Positions 17,158 through 26,449 of a stretch of DNA of 29,414 nt are shown in pieces; positions within the stretch are counted from its first letter, which is position 1, and every line of letters starts with the position of its first letter. Made by a program: the position numbers and the translations under genes. The DNA is from a virus. Taxonomy: Duplodnaviria > Caudoviricetes. The stretch lies in the IMG/VR virus record IMGVR_UViG_3300029775_000241, positions 1-29,414 of that record. The stretch is one strand, 5' to 3'. Below the pieces are notes generated by a model. That model ran no database searches. It was not told where the DNA came from and saw only the letters and a list, made by a program, of their open reading frames with translations.

Positions 17158-19746
17158 ATGCTGTCAGAAACGATAAAACTTAGGCTCACGGAGCGGTTTG
17201 ACGCACCGCTGCCGGAATTTTATAAACGCCGCATCGTCTTCTGGCATGACGAAGACGGCGAATTTTCGGATGCGATTGACGACCTCGACTTGCCCGGAGT
17301 GAGCGTTGTCAAACTTACTGGCACAAACAACTTCGCCGTCAAGAAATTGCTCTCGTCGGACGATCTTATAGGCGATTATCTTATCTACGACCCGCTGTCT
17401 TATGAGAAAGATCAGCATGACGACTGGCTGTTGGACATCAGGCTTTATAGCGAGGAGTTCCGAGCCGACCTTGTGTCGATGCAAATGGAGGAACTGCTCG
17501 TCGAGCCGTCATCCGCTATGCGAAAGACAATGAAACTGTACGCCAAATTCTTCAATAAAATAGATCGCAAGGAGAAGTTGCGCCGTATCGGGCGTACATA
17601 CCAGACCCCGCTGCAACTTCACATCGACATTATGGCGGTTCTGTGTGGCATAAACGGTGGCTCAGCACAGGACGTTATCGTCGCCGTGCTATTGGCAGGC
17701 TTGGAGAAAGAAAGCAACGATGCGCTGATTAACATAGACAAGTTTGGCAACATCGAAGCGTTCTGGCAGCTTGTACAAAAGTACACAGGCTATGTGAATG
17801 CGGAGGATAGACCGCTCGGTGAGCTGGCCGCACACATACTAATCACCGCTCTGTCGCAGACAGTGCCTGCCTCCGCTCTGCGTGGCTTGGAACGATTCAT
17901 TTCCGACCCATGCAAAACGTACTGCTATCAACTTGTTCACGAGTGGCAGCGGGGAGACGGCAGCGACGGCTTAATCGAGATTTGCCGCTATGTTGAACAT
18001 GATTTACGCCTTTCTGACCGGTTTTACAAGACGGAAATAAACATCCTCTTAAAGAGTGATGTTTTCCCCGCCATCAATGAAAGTATACTGAAACTCTTCT
18101 TTAACGAGATTAGTGAGAACGTCATAAAGGTGGATGATATCATCGGTGCGGTTGAGAACCGCCGTACCGCCGCTTGGTATGCTCTGACCGAAGACTACCT
18201 CGAAAGCCTTTATTATATCGCCAAGATGCAAGAGTTTTATCTGGAACATATTGACGGATTCCATATCGTGGAACCAGCAAAGGTCTGGAAGCTATACACG
18301 ACCGATGCTTACGAGATGGACGGCTATTACCGGCACTTCCATTTTAGTTTTGGTAATACACTAAAATCCCCGAACGCCCTCTTGGAGGACGCTTTAAAGA
18401 AGTGTTCCGATGTGGTGGAGGGCTTGTACCGTGAGTGGTTCTTGAAGCAACTCACCTTGACTTGGACTAAAGCCATAGCGGGCGATTTGGATTCGCTCGG
18501 ATATGTTTCAGAGATAAATGAACAGCGCAGATTCTACAACCGTTATGTTTCGCCGAACATGAGCAAAAGTAACCGTGTGTTTGTGGTAATTTCTGATGCC
18601 TTGCGCTATGAGGTCGCCGCCGAGCTTTCCGAAGTCCTCAACCACAATACCAAGGGTAAGGCGACTCTTGAATCCATGCAAGCCGTGTTTCCAAGCATCA
18701 CGAAATTTGGAATGGCAGCGCTCCTGCCAGGCAAAGAGGTATCGGCAAACGATAAAATAGAAGTATTCGTGGACGGCAATCCGACCACCAGCACCGCCCA
18801 GCGTGGTGCTATACTAAACGTCGCCAACCCCGACAGCGTAGCCGTAACCTACCACGACTTGCTTCAAATGAAGCCATCAGAGCAAAGTGCGCTTGTAGTC
18901 GGGAAGCAAGTCGTGTACATCTATCACAATACGATAGATGCGCTCGGCGACAAGCCCGCCACTGAAATGAAGGTGTTTGAAGCATGTCAGACGGCCATTA
19001 ATGAATTAAGCGGTATTGTAAAGTTAATACTCAATCGCTTAGGCACTAATATTTTTATAACCGCCGACCATGGCTTCCTGTACACCTATAAGCCACTCGA
19101 TGAGAGCCAAAAAATCAGCCGTCAGACCTTTGATGGCGGAGTGTACGAACTGGGCAGACGTTACGCACTTACTGCTACAGATACGGTCGCCGACTACCTA
19201 CTGCCCGTCAAGACGGAGAGGACGATTGGCGGAACTTCCATGAAAGGCTATGCACCGCAGGATACCGTCCGTATCAAGGTTCAGGGTGGTGGTGAGAACT
19301 ATGTCCACGGCGGCATCAGTCTGCAGGAAATGGTTGTGCCTGTCATCGTCTATAAAGGTATGCGGACAGACTATAAGAAATATGTCGAGGTGCAGAATCC
19401 GGGGCTGTCGCTCATTTCCGAAAGCCACAAGGTTTCTAACCTGATGTTTTCACTCGACTTCCTGCAAAAGCAGCCTGTGGGTGACAAGGTTCAGCCATGC
19501 AATTACATCCTGCACTTTACCAACGACGAGGGAGTTCCCGTCAGCGATTTCCAGACGGTTATCGCCGACAGGACGAGCGCAAATGCCTCCGACCGTGTGT
19601 TCCGCGTGAGGTTTACGCTGAAGCAGATGCAGTACAACAAAACTAAATTATATCGCCTTGTCATTGCCAACGATACCGACGCTCCAGAAGAGGTCGAGTT
19701 CCGCATTGACATAGCGTTTGCCGATGATTTCGGCTTTGACCTGTAA
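17158..19746 (+). CDS. pglZ: BREX-1 PglZ (alkaline phosphatase superfamily)
   Basis: RRIVFWHD, VISDALRYE, PSITKFGMAALLP, ITADHGF, YVHGGISLQE. Confidence 0.95.
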   Translation: MLSETIKLRLTERFDAPLPEFYKRRIVFWHDEDGEFSDAIDDLDLPGVSVVKLTGTNNFAVKKLLSSDDLIGDYLIYDPLSYEKDQHDDWLLDIRLYSEEFRADLVSMQMEELLVEPSSAMRKTMKLYAKFFNKIDRKEKLRRIGRTYQTPLQLHIDIMAVLCGINGGSAQDVIVAVLLAGLEKESNDALINIDKFGNIEAFWQLVQKYTGYVNAEDRPLGELAAHILITALSQTVPASALRGLERFISDPCKTYCYQLVHEWQRGDGSDGLIEICRYVEHDLRLSDRFYKTEINILLKSDVFPAINESILKLFFNEISENVIKVDDIIGAVENRRTAAWYALTEDYLESLYYIAKMQEFYLEHIDGFHIVEPAKVWKLYTTDAYEMDGYYRHFHFSFGNTLKSPNALLEDALKKCSDVVEGLYREWFLKQLTLTWTKAIAGDLDSLGYVSEINEQRRFYNRYVSPNMSKSNRVFVVISDALRYEVAAELSEVLNHNTKGKATLESMQAVFPSITKFGMAALLPGKEVSANDKIEVFVDGNPTTSTAQRGAILNVANPDSVAVTYHDLLQMKPSEQSALVVGKQVVYIYHNTIDALGDKPATEMKVFEACQTAINELSGIVKLILNRLGTNIFITADHGFLYTYKPLDESQKISRQTFDGGVYELGRRYALTATDTVADYLLPVKTERTIGGTSMKGYAPQDTVRIKVQGGGENYVHGGISLQEMVVPVIVYKGMRTDYKKYVEVQNPGLSLISESHKVSNLMFSLDFLQKQPVGDKVQPCNYILHFTNDEGVPVSDFQTVIADRTSANASDRVFRVRFTLKQMQYNKTKLYRLVIANDTDAPEEVEFRIDIAFADDFGFDL

Positions 19747-19764
19747 CACAAGGAGGGTTCCGTG

Positions 19765-21840
19765 ATGGATATAGATTCAACCCAATACACACCGGAAACA
19801 GATGACGCAAATGAAGTCATTTATCGAAAACTGCGTGAGCATTTCGACGGAAAGATTGTTCGCAAAGACCTGACCAAGGCTATCAAAGAAGGCGCGAATG
19901 TGCCTGTCTACGTCTTGGAGTTTTTGCTTGGGCAGTATTGCTCCTCCGACGACCCGAACATCATTGAGAGCGGTGTTCAGAACGTCAAGCGAATCCTCTC
20001 CGAGAACTTCGTGCGACCCGATGAAGCGCAGAAGGTGCTGTCCGGCTTACGTGAGCGCGGCAGCTACACGGTCATCGATCGTCTAACTGTGAGTCTAAAC
20101 ATTAAACTTGACCGCTATGAAGCCGACTTTTCAAACCTCGGTATCCGCAACATTCCCATATCTTCGGACTATGTATCTAAGTACGATCGCCTGCTATGCG
20201 GTGGTATCTGGTGCATTGTCGGGCTTGAATATGAGTACATCGAGGAAGACAAGAAGTCCACGCCAATCCGCATCATGAAGCTGACCCCGATTCAGATGCC
20301 GCACATCGATATGGACGAAATAAAGCAAGGCCGTCGCGCCTTTACCAAGGACGAGTGGACAACCGTTCTGCTCCGTTCCACAGGCATGGAGGCCGACCGC
20401 TTCACAGATCGCGAGAAGTGGCTACAACTCGCCAGGATGCTCCCGCTCATTGAAAACAACTTCAATCTCTGCGAACTGGGACCACGCAGTACAGGCAAGT
20501 CGCATCTATACAAGGAAATCTCGCCGAATAGCATCCTCGTGTCGGGCGGGCAGACCACGGTCGCCAACCTCTTCTACAATATGTCGAGCAAGCAAGTTGG
20601 GCTTGTCGGGCTTTGGGATTGTGTGGCTTTCGACGAGGTAGCAGGCATCACCTTCAAGGACAAAGACGGCGTTCAAATAATGAAAGACTATATGGCTTCC
20701 GGCTCGTTTGCCAGAGGCAAGGAAGAAAAGGCGGCGTCGGCTTCAATGGCTTTCGTCGGTAACATCAACCAGAGCGTGGACGTGCTGCTGAAAACCTCGC
20801 ACCTTTTTGATCCGTTTCCTGAAGCGATGGCGTATGATACGGCATTTCTCGACCGTATGCACTGTTATATCCCTGGTTGGGAAATTCCAAAGTACCGCCC
20901 AGAATCGTTCACCGACGGTTACGGTTTTATCACCGACTACCTCGCTGAATTTATGCGACAGATGCGGAAAGAGCCGTTCGGCGACGTGTGCGACAAATAC
21001 TTCCGGTTTGGCAGCAACCTGAATCAACGTGACGTTATTGCCGTCCGCAAAATAGTGTCCGGCTTTGCCAAATTGCTCTATCCAAACGGCGAGTTCACCA
21101 AAGATGAAATTGAAGAAATCCTAACTTTCGCCCTCGAAATGCGCCGCCGTGTTAAAGAGCAGCTTAAGAAAATTGGCGGCATGGAGTTTTACGATGTGAA
21201 CTTCTCCTACATCGACAACGAGACTTTTGAGGAGCGTTATGTTTCCGTTCCGGAGCAAGGTGGCGGCAAGATAATCCCCGAAGGAATGACTAATCCAGGC
21301 AATGTCTACACAATCTCGCAGGGCAAGAGCGGTATGATAGGTGTATACCGCCTTGAAACGCAGATGCTTCCCGGCAACGGCAAGTTCGAACGCACTGGGC
21401 TTGGCTCCGACCGTGACGCAAAGGAAGCCACAAACACCGCGTTCAACTACCTGAAAGCAAGCGGCAACCAGATAAGCGGTCAACTCAGCACGACCACGAA
21501 GGATTACATTATCAACTACCAAGACCTTAACGGCATCGGGATGACGAAGTTTCTGACCCTGCCGACAGTGATAGCACTTGCATCCTGCGCCCTTGGCAAA
21601 CCTACTCTATCAAGCCTTGCAGTCCTCGGTGAAATCAGCATCAGTGGCACAATCCTCAAGGTAGAAGAACTGGCGAGCGTCCTGCAAGTCTGCCTCGATG
21701 CCGGAGCGAAGAAAGTATTAATACCAATAACATCAGCCGCCGAACTTGGAACGGTTCCGTCAGACCTTATCGGCGCATTCAGTTTAATATTTTACTCAAC
21801 ACCGCAGGAAGCAGTGTTTAAGGCTTTGGGTGTGGAGTAA
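19765..21840 (+). CDS. brxL: BREX BrxL (AAA+ ATPase with Lon-like domain)
   Basis: VRKDL, NVPVYVLEFLLGQYC, Walker A GPRSTGKS, VAFDEV, EMRRRVKEQLKK, C-terminal Lon-like fold. Confidence 0.95.
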   Translation: MDIDSTQYTPETDDANEVIYRKLREHFDGKIVRKDLTKAIKEGANVPVYVLEFLLGQYCSSDDPNIIESGVQNVKRILSENFVRPDEAQKVLSGLRERGSYTVIDRLTVSLNIKLDRYEADFSNLGIRNIPISSDYVSKYDRLLCGGIWCIVGLEYEYIEEDKKSTPIRIMKLTPIQMPHIDMDEIKQGRRAFTKDEWTTVLLRSTGMEADRFTDREKWLQLARMLPLIENNFNLCELGPRSTGKSHLYKEISPNSILVSGGQTTVANLFYNMSSKQVGLVGLWDCVAFDEVAGITFKDKDGVQIMKDYMASGSFARGKEEKAASASMAFVGNINQSVDVLLKTSHLFDPFPEAMAYDTAFLDRMHCYIPGWEIPKYRPESFTDGYGFITDYLAEFMRQMRKEPFGDVCDKYFRFGSNLNQRDVIAVRKIVSGFAKLLYPNGEFTKDEIEEILTFALEMRRRVKEQLKKIGGMEFYDVNFSYIDNETFEERYVSVPEQGGGKIIPEGMTNPGNVYTISQGKSGMIGVYRLETQMLPGNGKFERTGLGSDRDAKEATNTAFNYLKASGNQISGQLSTTTKDYIINYQDLNGIGMTKFLTLPTVIALASCALGKPTLSSLAVLGEISISGTILKVEELASVLQVCLDAGAKKVLIPITSAAELGTVPSDLIGAFSLIFYSTPQEAVFKALGVE

Positions 21841-21853
21841 GGAGGATTTGATT

Positions 21854-22408
21854 ATGGCAAATAGAACAGGAACTTATGTCGCCTTTGATGGTTTAGGTGA
21901 AACTGACCCTGCCAAGTCTGATTTTAAATATTACGCAACCATACAAGCTTGGAGCGCAAATAAAAATATAGAGTTCAACATTACCAACAGCCACGAAAAG
22001 ACGTATGCTGTACGAGACTCAAGTGCAAAAGTAACACTTTATGCTCGGATTCAGGAACGATTACGAGCATCAAAGAATATGCTCGTAATCCTTACGAAAG
22101 ATACACGATATACGGGTAGCGTTCTTTCGTATGAAATAGAGCAAGCAATCGATAATTATAAGATTCCTTTGATTATCGCGTATCCTGGATATTCAGCAAT
22201 CTGTGACGTTGATGCCTTAAGCAACCTCTGGCCAAAAACGCTCGCCGAGCGAATCGGTAACGCTGGTGTAGAGGCAATACATATTGCTTTCAAAAAAGAA
22301 CCTATTTTCGACGCCATTTCTCGCTTTTATGTAAATGGCGAACATCTGTCCAGCGGGAAGAACTATTACAACCGCCAATCTTACATTGACTGGGGGCTTG
22401 TTGAATGA
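21854..22408 (+). CDS. thsB: Thoeris ThsB-like TIR protein 1
   Basis: TYVAFD strand, IQERLRASKNMLVIL, catalytic-helix VLSYEIEQAI, IPLIIAY. Adjacent to a TM-Macro gene. Confidence 0.82.
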   Translation: MANRTGTYVAFDGLGETDPAKSDFKYYATIQAWSANKNIEFNITNSHEKTYAVRDSSAKVTLYARIQERLRASKNMLVILTKDTRYTGSVLSYEIEQAIDNYKIPLIIAYPGYSAICDVDALSNLWPKTLAERIGNAGVEAIHIAFKKEPIFDAISRFYVNGEHLSSGKNYYNRQSYIDWGLVE

Positions 22409-23235
22409 AAGTATCACCTTTTGACAAGAGAGTGTTGAACAAATTCTATGCTTTCTTAGGCGCGATAAGCGTAATCACTTCTATTGTATTTCTGTTTGCC
22501 GGCATAGAGGACAAGGATAAACCGATCGCAGGCGCAGTGGCACTTGGCGCAATCCTCCTCGTTTACATCGGGATATTGATCCACGCAAACGTACGGCGCA
22601 GCATTCGGCTAAAGATAAATACTTCTGAGGTAGAGGTGTATTTTGGCGACATCTTTGAGGATGCTGCAGAACTCAAGGCCATTTCTTTTAACGAGTATTT
22701 TGATACGCAGGTAGATGACAAAATAATTTCGAAGCGATCTCTGCACGGGCAGTTCATCGAAAAATTTTACGCCGGACAGGTGGATGTCCTTGACGACATC
22801 ATTGCTGCAGACGAACATTTACCGGAGATGATCGCAGGAGAAAACCCCACGCGGCCGGCGGGCAAGAAAACGAAATACAAGCTCGGAACCGTCTGCATGG
22901 CAGAAGAATATCTGTTGATTGCGCTATCACGCTTTGACGCCAACAACAAGGCTTTCCTCGAGATATCCGACTACATTAGTTGCCTGCTTGCATTTTGGAA
23001 CGAGGTAGATGGAGTCTATGCCGGAAGGACTCTAGCGCTGCCAGTATTAGGCTCTGGGATTACCCGTTTTAGGGACTACGAAAACATATCTGACCAAGAA
23101 CTGTTGGAGCTTATAATCTGGACATTCAAATTAAGTAGAATCAAATTTACATATCCGTCTAAGGTCAAGATTGTTGTCTGGGAGAAAAAGAGCGAAAAGA
23201 TAAACCTGCAAAAATTGAAGGATCTTGAAACATAA
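22405..23235 (+). CDS. thsA: Thoeris type II effector ThsA (two TM helices plus Macro domain)
   Basis: Hydrophobic FYAFLGAISVITSIVFLFAGI and IAGAVALGAILLVYIGILI; Macro motifs FGDIF, ISFNEYFDT, LPVLGSGI. ATGA overlap with the TIR gene. Confidence 0.85.
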   Translation: MKVSPFDKRVLNKFYAFLGAISVITSIVFLFAGIEDKDKPIAGAVALGAILLVYIGILIHANVRRSIRLKINTSEVEVYFGDIFEDAAELKAISFNEYFDTQVDDKIISKRSLHGQFIEKFYAGQVDVLDDIIAADEHLPEMIAGENPTRPAGKKTKYKLGTVCMAEEYLLIALSRFDANNKAFLEISDYISCLLAFWNEVDGVYAGRTLALPVLGSGITRFRDYENISDQELLELIIWTFKLSRIKFTYPSKVKIVVWEKKSEKINLQKLKDLET

Positions 23236-23266
23236 GGCACCTTTCATGACTTGACGTGGCTTTAAA

Positions 23267-23275
23267 TGTTATAAT
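23267..23275 (+). promoter_or_regulatory. Extended -10 promoter element upstream of the second TIR gene
   Basis: Perfect TGTTATAAT (TGnTATAAT) 31 bp before ATG 23307. Confidence 0.5.
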
Positions 23276-23306
23276 AAAAATCTTTATGAATTGAGGGAGA
23301 ATTATA

Positions 23307-23822
23307 ATGGCTTACAGAACTAAAACGTACATCGCAGCAGACTGGGACGGCGATAAAAACGCTATTGACCAATTGCACGCATGGAATGACGGCAAGAAAT
23401 GGAGCCTGTCTTTTACAGACGCACACGACCTAACTCAAGCACGAGAAAATAGTCTCAATTGTAGCATCAAAGCATCTCTTGCAACGAGGATGGATGCTTC
23501 AAAGACATTCGTTCTAATCGTTGGTAGCGGCACAAAAAACCGGAGAGCCGGCGAGTGTACATATTGTTCGAACTACGATAACGGCAAGTGCAAAACGGGC
23601 CATACCGTCAGTAATGACAGCTTTATCGAATATGAATGCAAAAAGGCTGTCCGGGATAGCGAAAGCATCAAACTCGTTGTCTTGTATAACGCAGCAACTG
23701 TCGACAAAAGCAAATGCCCTGACGCCATCAAAGCATATGGTACGCACGCTGCAATGCAAAAGATGGTAGACGGCAAGCATTATTGGGATTATGAGTCTGT
23801 CAAGACTGCTATGGATCAATAA
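23307..23822 (+). CDS. thsB: Thoeris ThsB-like TIR protein 2 with a Cys/His insertion
   Basis: TYIAADW, RMDASKTFVLIVG, FIEYECKKA catalytic helix, and a CTYC-x7-C-x3-H insert. Confidence 0.8.
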   Translation: MAYRTKTYIAADWDGDKNAIDQLHAWNDGKKWSLSFTDAHDLTQARENSLNCSIKASLATRMDASKTFVLIVGSGTKNRRAGECTYCSNYDNGKCKTGHTVSNDSFIEYECKKAVRDSESIKLVVLYNAATVDKSKCPDAIKAYGTHAAMQKMVDGKHYWDYESVKTAMDQ

Positions 23823-23843
23823 CGACTATGGCATAAACCATAT

Positions 23844-23938
23844 ATCGACTTGTTCCCACGAACGGATTAAAACTGTTGAAATGTTCCCTTGAACAGAGAG
23901 TACCCATAAAAACCGCTATCGACCTGTTCCCACGCACG
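23844..23938 (+). repeat. Three tandem rlmD/rumA-like fragments (IDLFPRT / VEMFP*T / IDLFPRT)
   Basis: ATCGACTTGTTCCCACGAACG at 23844-23864; GTTGAAATGTTCCCTTGAACA at 23875-23895; ATCGACCTGTTCCCACGCACG at 23918-23938. Confidence 0.7.
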
Positions 23939-23985
23939 GACAAAACGAAAAACACATACCCGACATCAATCTGATGCTATCGTTC

Positions 23986-24021
23986 CATGTTGAGACGGTG
24001 GTATTGATGTCAAGGGTATAA
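23986..24021 (+). pseudogene. Displaced 3' end of rlmD/rumA (HVETVVLMSRV*), putative att site
   Basis: Translates to the RlmD C-terminal motif and lies within an imperfect inverted repeat (ATACCCGACATCAAT...ATTGATGTCAAGGGTAT). Confidence 0.72.
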
Positions 24022-24052
24022 AAATAAGGTGTATTTAAAACATTGATAAATC

Positions 24053-24125
24053 AAGGGTTTCCAAGTGTAGTTAGTTTTTCTAGATTATTTTCTAGAGCTG
24101 ATAATGCTGGGAAACCCTTATTTTT
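24053..24125 (+). terminator. Hairpin with T tract after rlmD fragment 1
   Basis: AAGGGTTTCC (24053-24062)...GGAAACCCTT (24110-24119) followed by ATTTTT. The loop is long. Confidence 0.45.
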
Positions 24126-24341
24126 AGTGGTTGAGGAAACATATCAAAGACTAAAATTGCCATAGGGTTGAGTTGACAGATTAGATGGATTGGTAGGGTT
24201 GTGGAGATAGGATAGATGTGATAAGATATTTTAAATAGCCTACATATCATAAATAATGTTTTGCTATATGTTGAATAGTCAGTGTGTACGTTTATAAAAT
24301 TTTAAGGCTTTATTTTATATGAATTGGAAGTGGGGATCAGC

Positions 24342-24602
24342 ATGTTTAAAAAAATAAATAATTTCTTGAATTGTTTAATTGGTTCATTTATCGGTGTGTT
24401 TATTGCTCATAGTATATATACATATTTTGATTTTAGAAATAATCCAGGTTTATATGAGATTCAATCGACACCTTGGCACATGAGTATTCAAGTATATGGG
24501 TGGGGTACTGCTGTAATAATATTTATTGCTATTATTCTTAAGTTATTAATAAAAAAGAAAATGAAAGAAATTAATAATACTTTTTATGTTGATTGTTTAT
24601 AA
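24342..24602 (+). CDS. Small two-TM membrane protein
   Basis: Two hydrophobic stretches flanking a YEIQSTPW loop. ATG 24342 behind GGGGA. Confidence 0.7.
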   Translation: MFKKINNFLNCLIGSFIGVFIAHSIYTYFDFRNNPGLYEIQSTPWHMSIQVYGWGTAVIIFIAIILKLLIKKKMKEINNTFYVDCL

Positions 24603-24626
24603 AAAATATTAATTTGGAGGTAGAAC

Positions 24627-25553
24627 ATGTCTAAAAACCCAAAAGTTCATTTTATACCACCTAAACCTCCAAAACGAGAGAAAAGAGTAGGTATTTACTG
24701 CCGGGTCAGTAGTAATAGTTTTGAACAATTGAAAAGCCTTACTGCTCAAGTATCTGCCCTTACAAGGGTAACTGCGGCCACGCCTCAATGGTTACTTGTT
24801 GATGTTTATATGGATATTGCCTCTGGGAAAACCGGTTCTTCTCGCAAAGAGTTCTCTCGTATGCTTGAAGATTGCAACTCCCATAATCTAGATATAATAC
24901 TCACTAAGAGTATTAGCCGATTTGGTAGAGATACAGTGGATACACTTGAAGCATTAAATCAACTAAAAACGTTAGGAGTTCGTGTAATATTTGAGCAAGA
25001 AGATCTAGATACTGCAAATACAGATAGTGACCTTATGATATCTATCATCGAAGCTATTGCACAGGCGGAAAATGAATCTAGAAGTGATAATATAAAATGG
25101 GGTATTAAACAAAGAGCGGCACAAGGCACTTCAAAGCTGTATAACCGTAAATGTTATGGCTATAAAAATGATGTTGATGGCAGTCTTATTATAGATGATG
25201 AAGAGGCTAAAAATGTACAGCTAATATTTGATTTTTACCTTCAAGGCAAAAGTATTATAGGAATAATTGAAGAGTTAGAAAAGCTTGGTATTAAATCCCC
25301 AACTGGAAAAGATAAGTGGAGTAAAAGGACAATTGATGTAATGTTAAGTAATGAAAAATATATAGGAATAGTTCGACTATTAAATTCAGGGAAGTACGAA
25401 GCTCATTATATTTCTGAAGATAATAATCCTTCTATTATAAGTGATGAACAGTTTAAGGCAGTACAGATTGAGAAGGCAAATAGAAGTAATGTTATAAAGG
25501 GTGAAGATGGCAACCAGAGAAAAAATAAAAAGTACAGTTCTAAGAGAAAATAG
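24627..25553 (+). CDS. Serine recombinase (catalytic plus recombinase domain, no Zn-ribbon tail)
   Basis: GIYCRVSS catalytic Ser motif, TKSISRFGRD, AQAENESRS, CYGY, LSNEKYIG; GGAGG RBS. Confidence 0.9.
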   Translation: MSKNPKVHFIPPKPPKREKRVGIYCRVSSNSFEQLKSLTAQVSALTRVTAATPQWLLVDVYMDIASGKTGSSRKEFSRMLEDCNSHNLDIILTKSISRFGRDTVDTLEALNQLKTLGVRVIFEQEDLDTANTDSDLMISIIEAIAQAENESRSDNIKWGIKQRAAQGTSKLYNRKCYGYKNDVDGSLIIDDEEAKNVQLIFDFYLQGKSIIGIIEELEKLGIKSPTGKDKWSKRTIDVMLSNEKYIGIVRLLNSGKYEAHYISEDNNPSIISDEQFKAVQIEKANRSNVIKGEDGNQRKNKKYSSKRK

Positions 25554-25582
25554 CAAATTTGGATTTATGGAGGTTATTTGGA

Positions 25583-26449
25583 TTGAAAAAAATGAAAAAT
25601 AATAATAAATCAAAAAGAATCATCATAATTACAATTCTAATCTTATTGGCTGTTTTTGGAGGTATAACCGTCTGGGGTAATCTTACAGTAGGCACCACTC
25701 GTTATAAGATAACTTTGGAGCGTTTGCCAGTTGCATTTGAAGGATATAAGATTGCACAGATTGCAGATTTGCATAATTCAGAATTTGGAGAGGATAATTC
25801 GAAAACAATTAAAATCTTGAAAGAGGAGAATCCTGATATCATTGTTATTACTGGTGATCTGGTAGATTCAAATCACATGGACATAGACATTGCAATAAAG
25901 TTTATTCAACAGGCGGTAAAAATTTCTCCGTGCTATTATGTGACAGGCAACCATGAGGCATGGATTGGAGATATCTACTATGAACTGGAAGAACAATTGC
26001 TCGACGCAGGTGTCACTGTATTACGTGATGAGGTGATTACAATATCGAATGATAAAGACAGCATTCAACTGATTGGTTTGGACGATCCTGATTTTTCAGA
26101 TCAGGCTCCTTACCTTCAAGAGAGCATGCTAGAGGCTAAACTTTACAATATGAATTTAAAAGATGGGTTCAAGATTTTATTGTCGCACAGACCAGAATTC
26201 TTTGGAGTATATGTAAAAAATGACATTGATTTAGTTCTCAGTGGTCATGCACATGGCGGGCAGTTCAGAATTCCTTTTATAGGGGGCGTTATTGCTCCAA
26301 ATCAGGGGTTTTTCCCAAAATATGATGCAGGAGAATATCATGAAGCCAATACTACGATGATTGTCAGTCGTGGTATTGGAAACAGCATAATTCCTGTAAG
26401 AATTAATAACAGGCCAGAAGTGGTTATTGTCCAATTATATTCTCAATGA
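25583..26449 (+). CDS. Membrane-anchored calcineurin-like metallophosphoesterase (YkuE/YaeI-like)
   Basis: DLH, GDLVD, GNHE, SHRP, GHAHGGQ motifs and an N-terminal signal anchor. TTG 25583 is 9 nt after GGAGG (ATG 25592 is an alternative start). Confidence 0.9.
   Translation: MKKMKNNNKSKRIIIITILILLAVFGGITVWGNLTVGTTRYKITLERLPVAFEGYKIAQIADLHNSEFGEDNSKTIKILKEENPDIIVITGDLVDSNHMDIDIAIKFIQQAVKISPCYYVTGNHEAWIGDIYYELEEQLLDAGVTVLRDEVITISNDKDSIQLIGLDDPDFSDQAPYLQESMLEAKLYNMNLKDGFKILLSHRPEFFGVYVKNDIDLVLSGHAHGGQFRIPFIGGVIAPNQGFFPKYDAGEYHEANTTMIVSRGIGNSIIPVRINNRPEVVIVQLYSQ

Larger units (their letters stand above)
1..24021. mobile_element. Prophage (right part; continues beyond left edge) carrying defence cargo, probably integrated in the 3' end of rlmD/rumA
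   Basis: Phage replication module on the minus strand (DUF2800, DUF2815, PolA, primase), divergent cargo block, and rlmD-like att fragments at 23844-24021. The organisation recalls rumA-integrating phi-m46.1-like prophages. The right boundary is inferred. Confidence 0.65.

Noticed and set aside
8965-21522. Numerous minus-strand ORFs within BREX
   Set aside because: They are antisense shadows arising from codon bias and show no motifs.
23251-23275. TTGACG/TATAAT as a canonical -35/-10 pair
   Set aside because: The spacer is only 13 bp, so only the extended -10 was kept.
23832-23946. Mini CRISPR array
   Set aside because: Units are diverged and irregularly spaced (31 and 43 bp), no cas genes are present, and the units translate to the RlmD DLFPRT motif.
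25583-26449. Metallophosphoesterase as part of the defence system
   Set aside because: It is a membrane-anchored YkuE-like type, separated from the defence block by an att-like site and differing in base composition.
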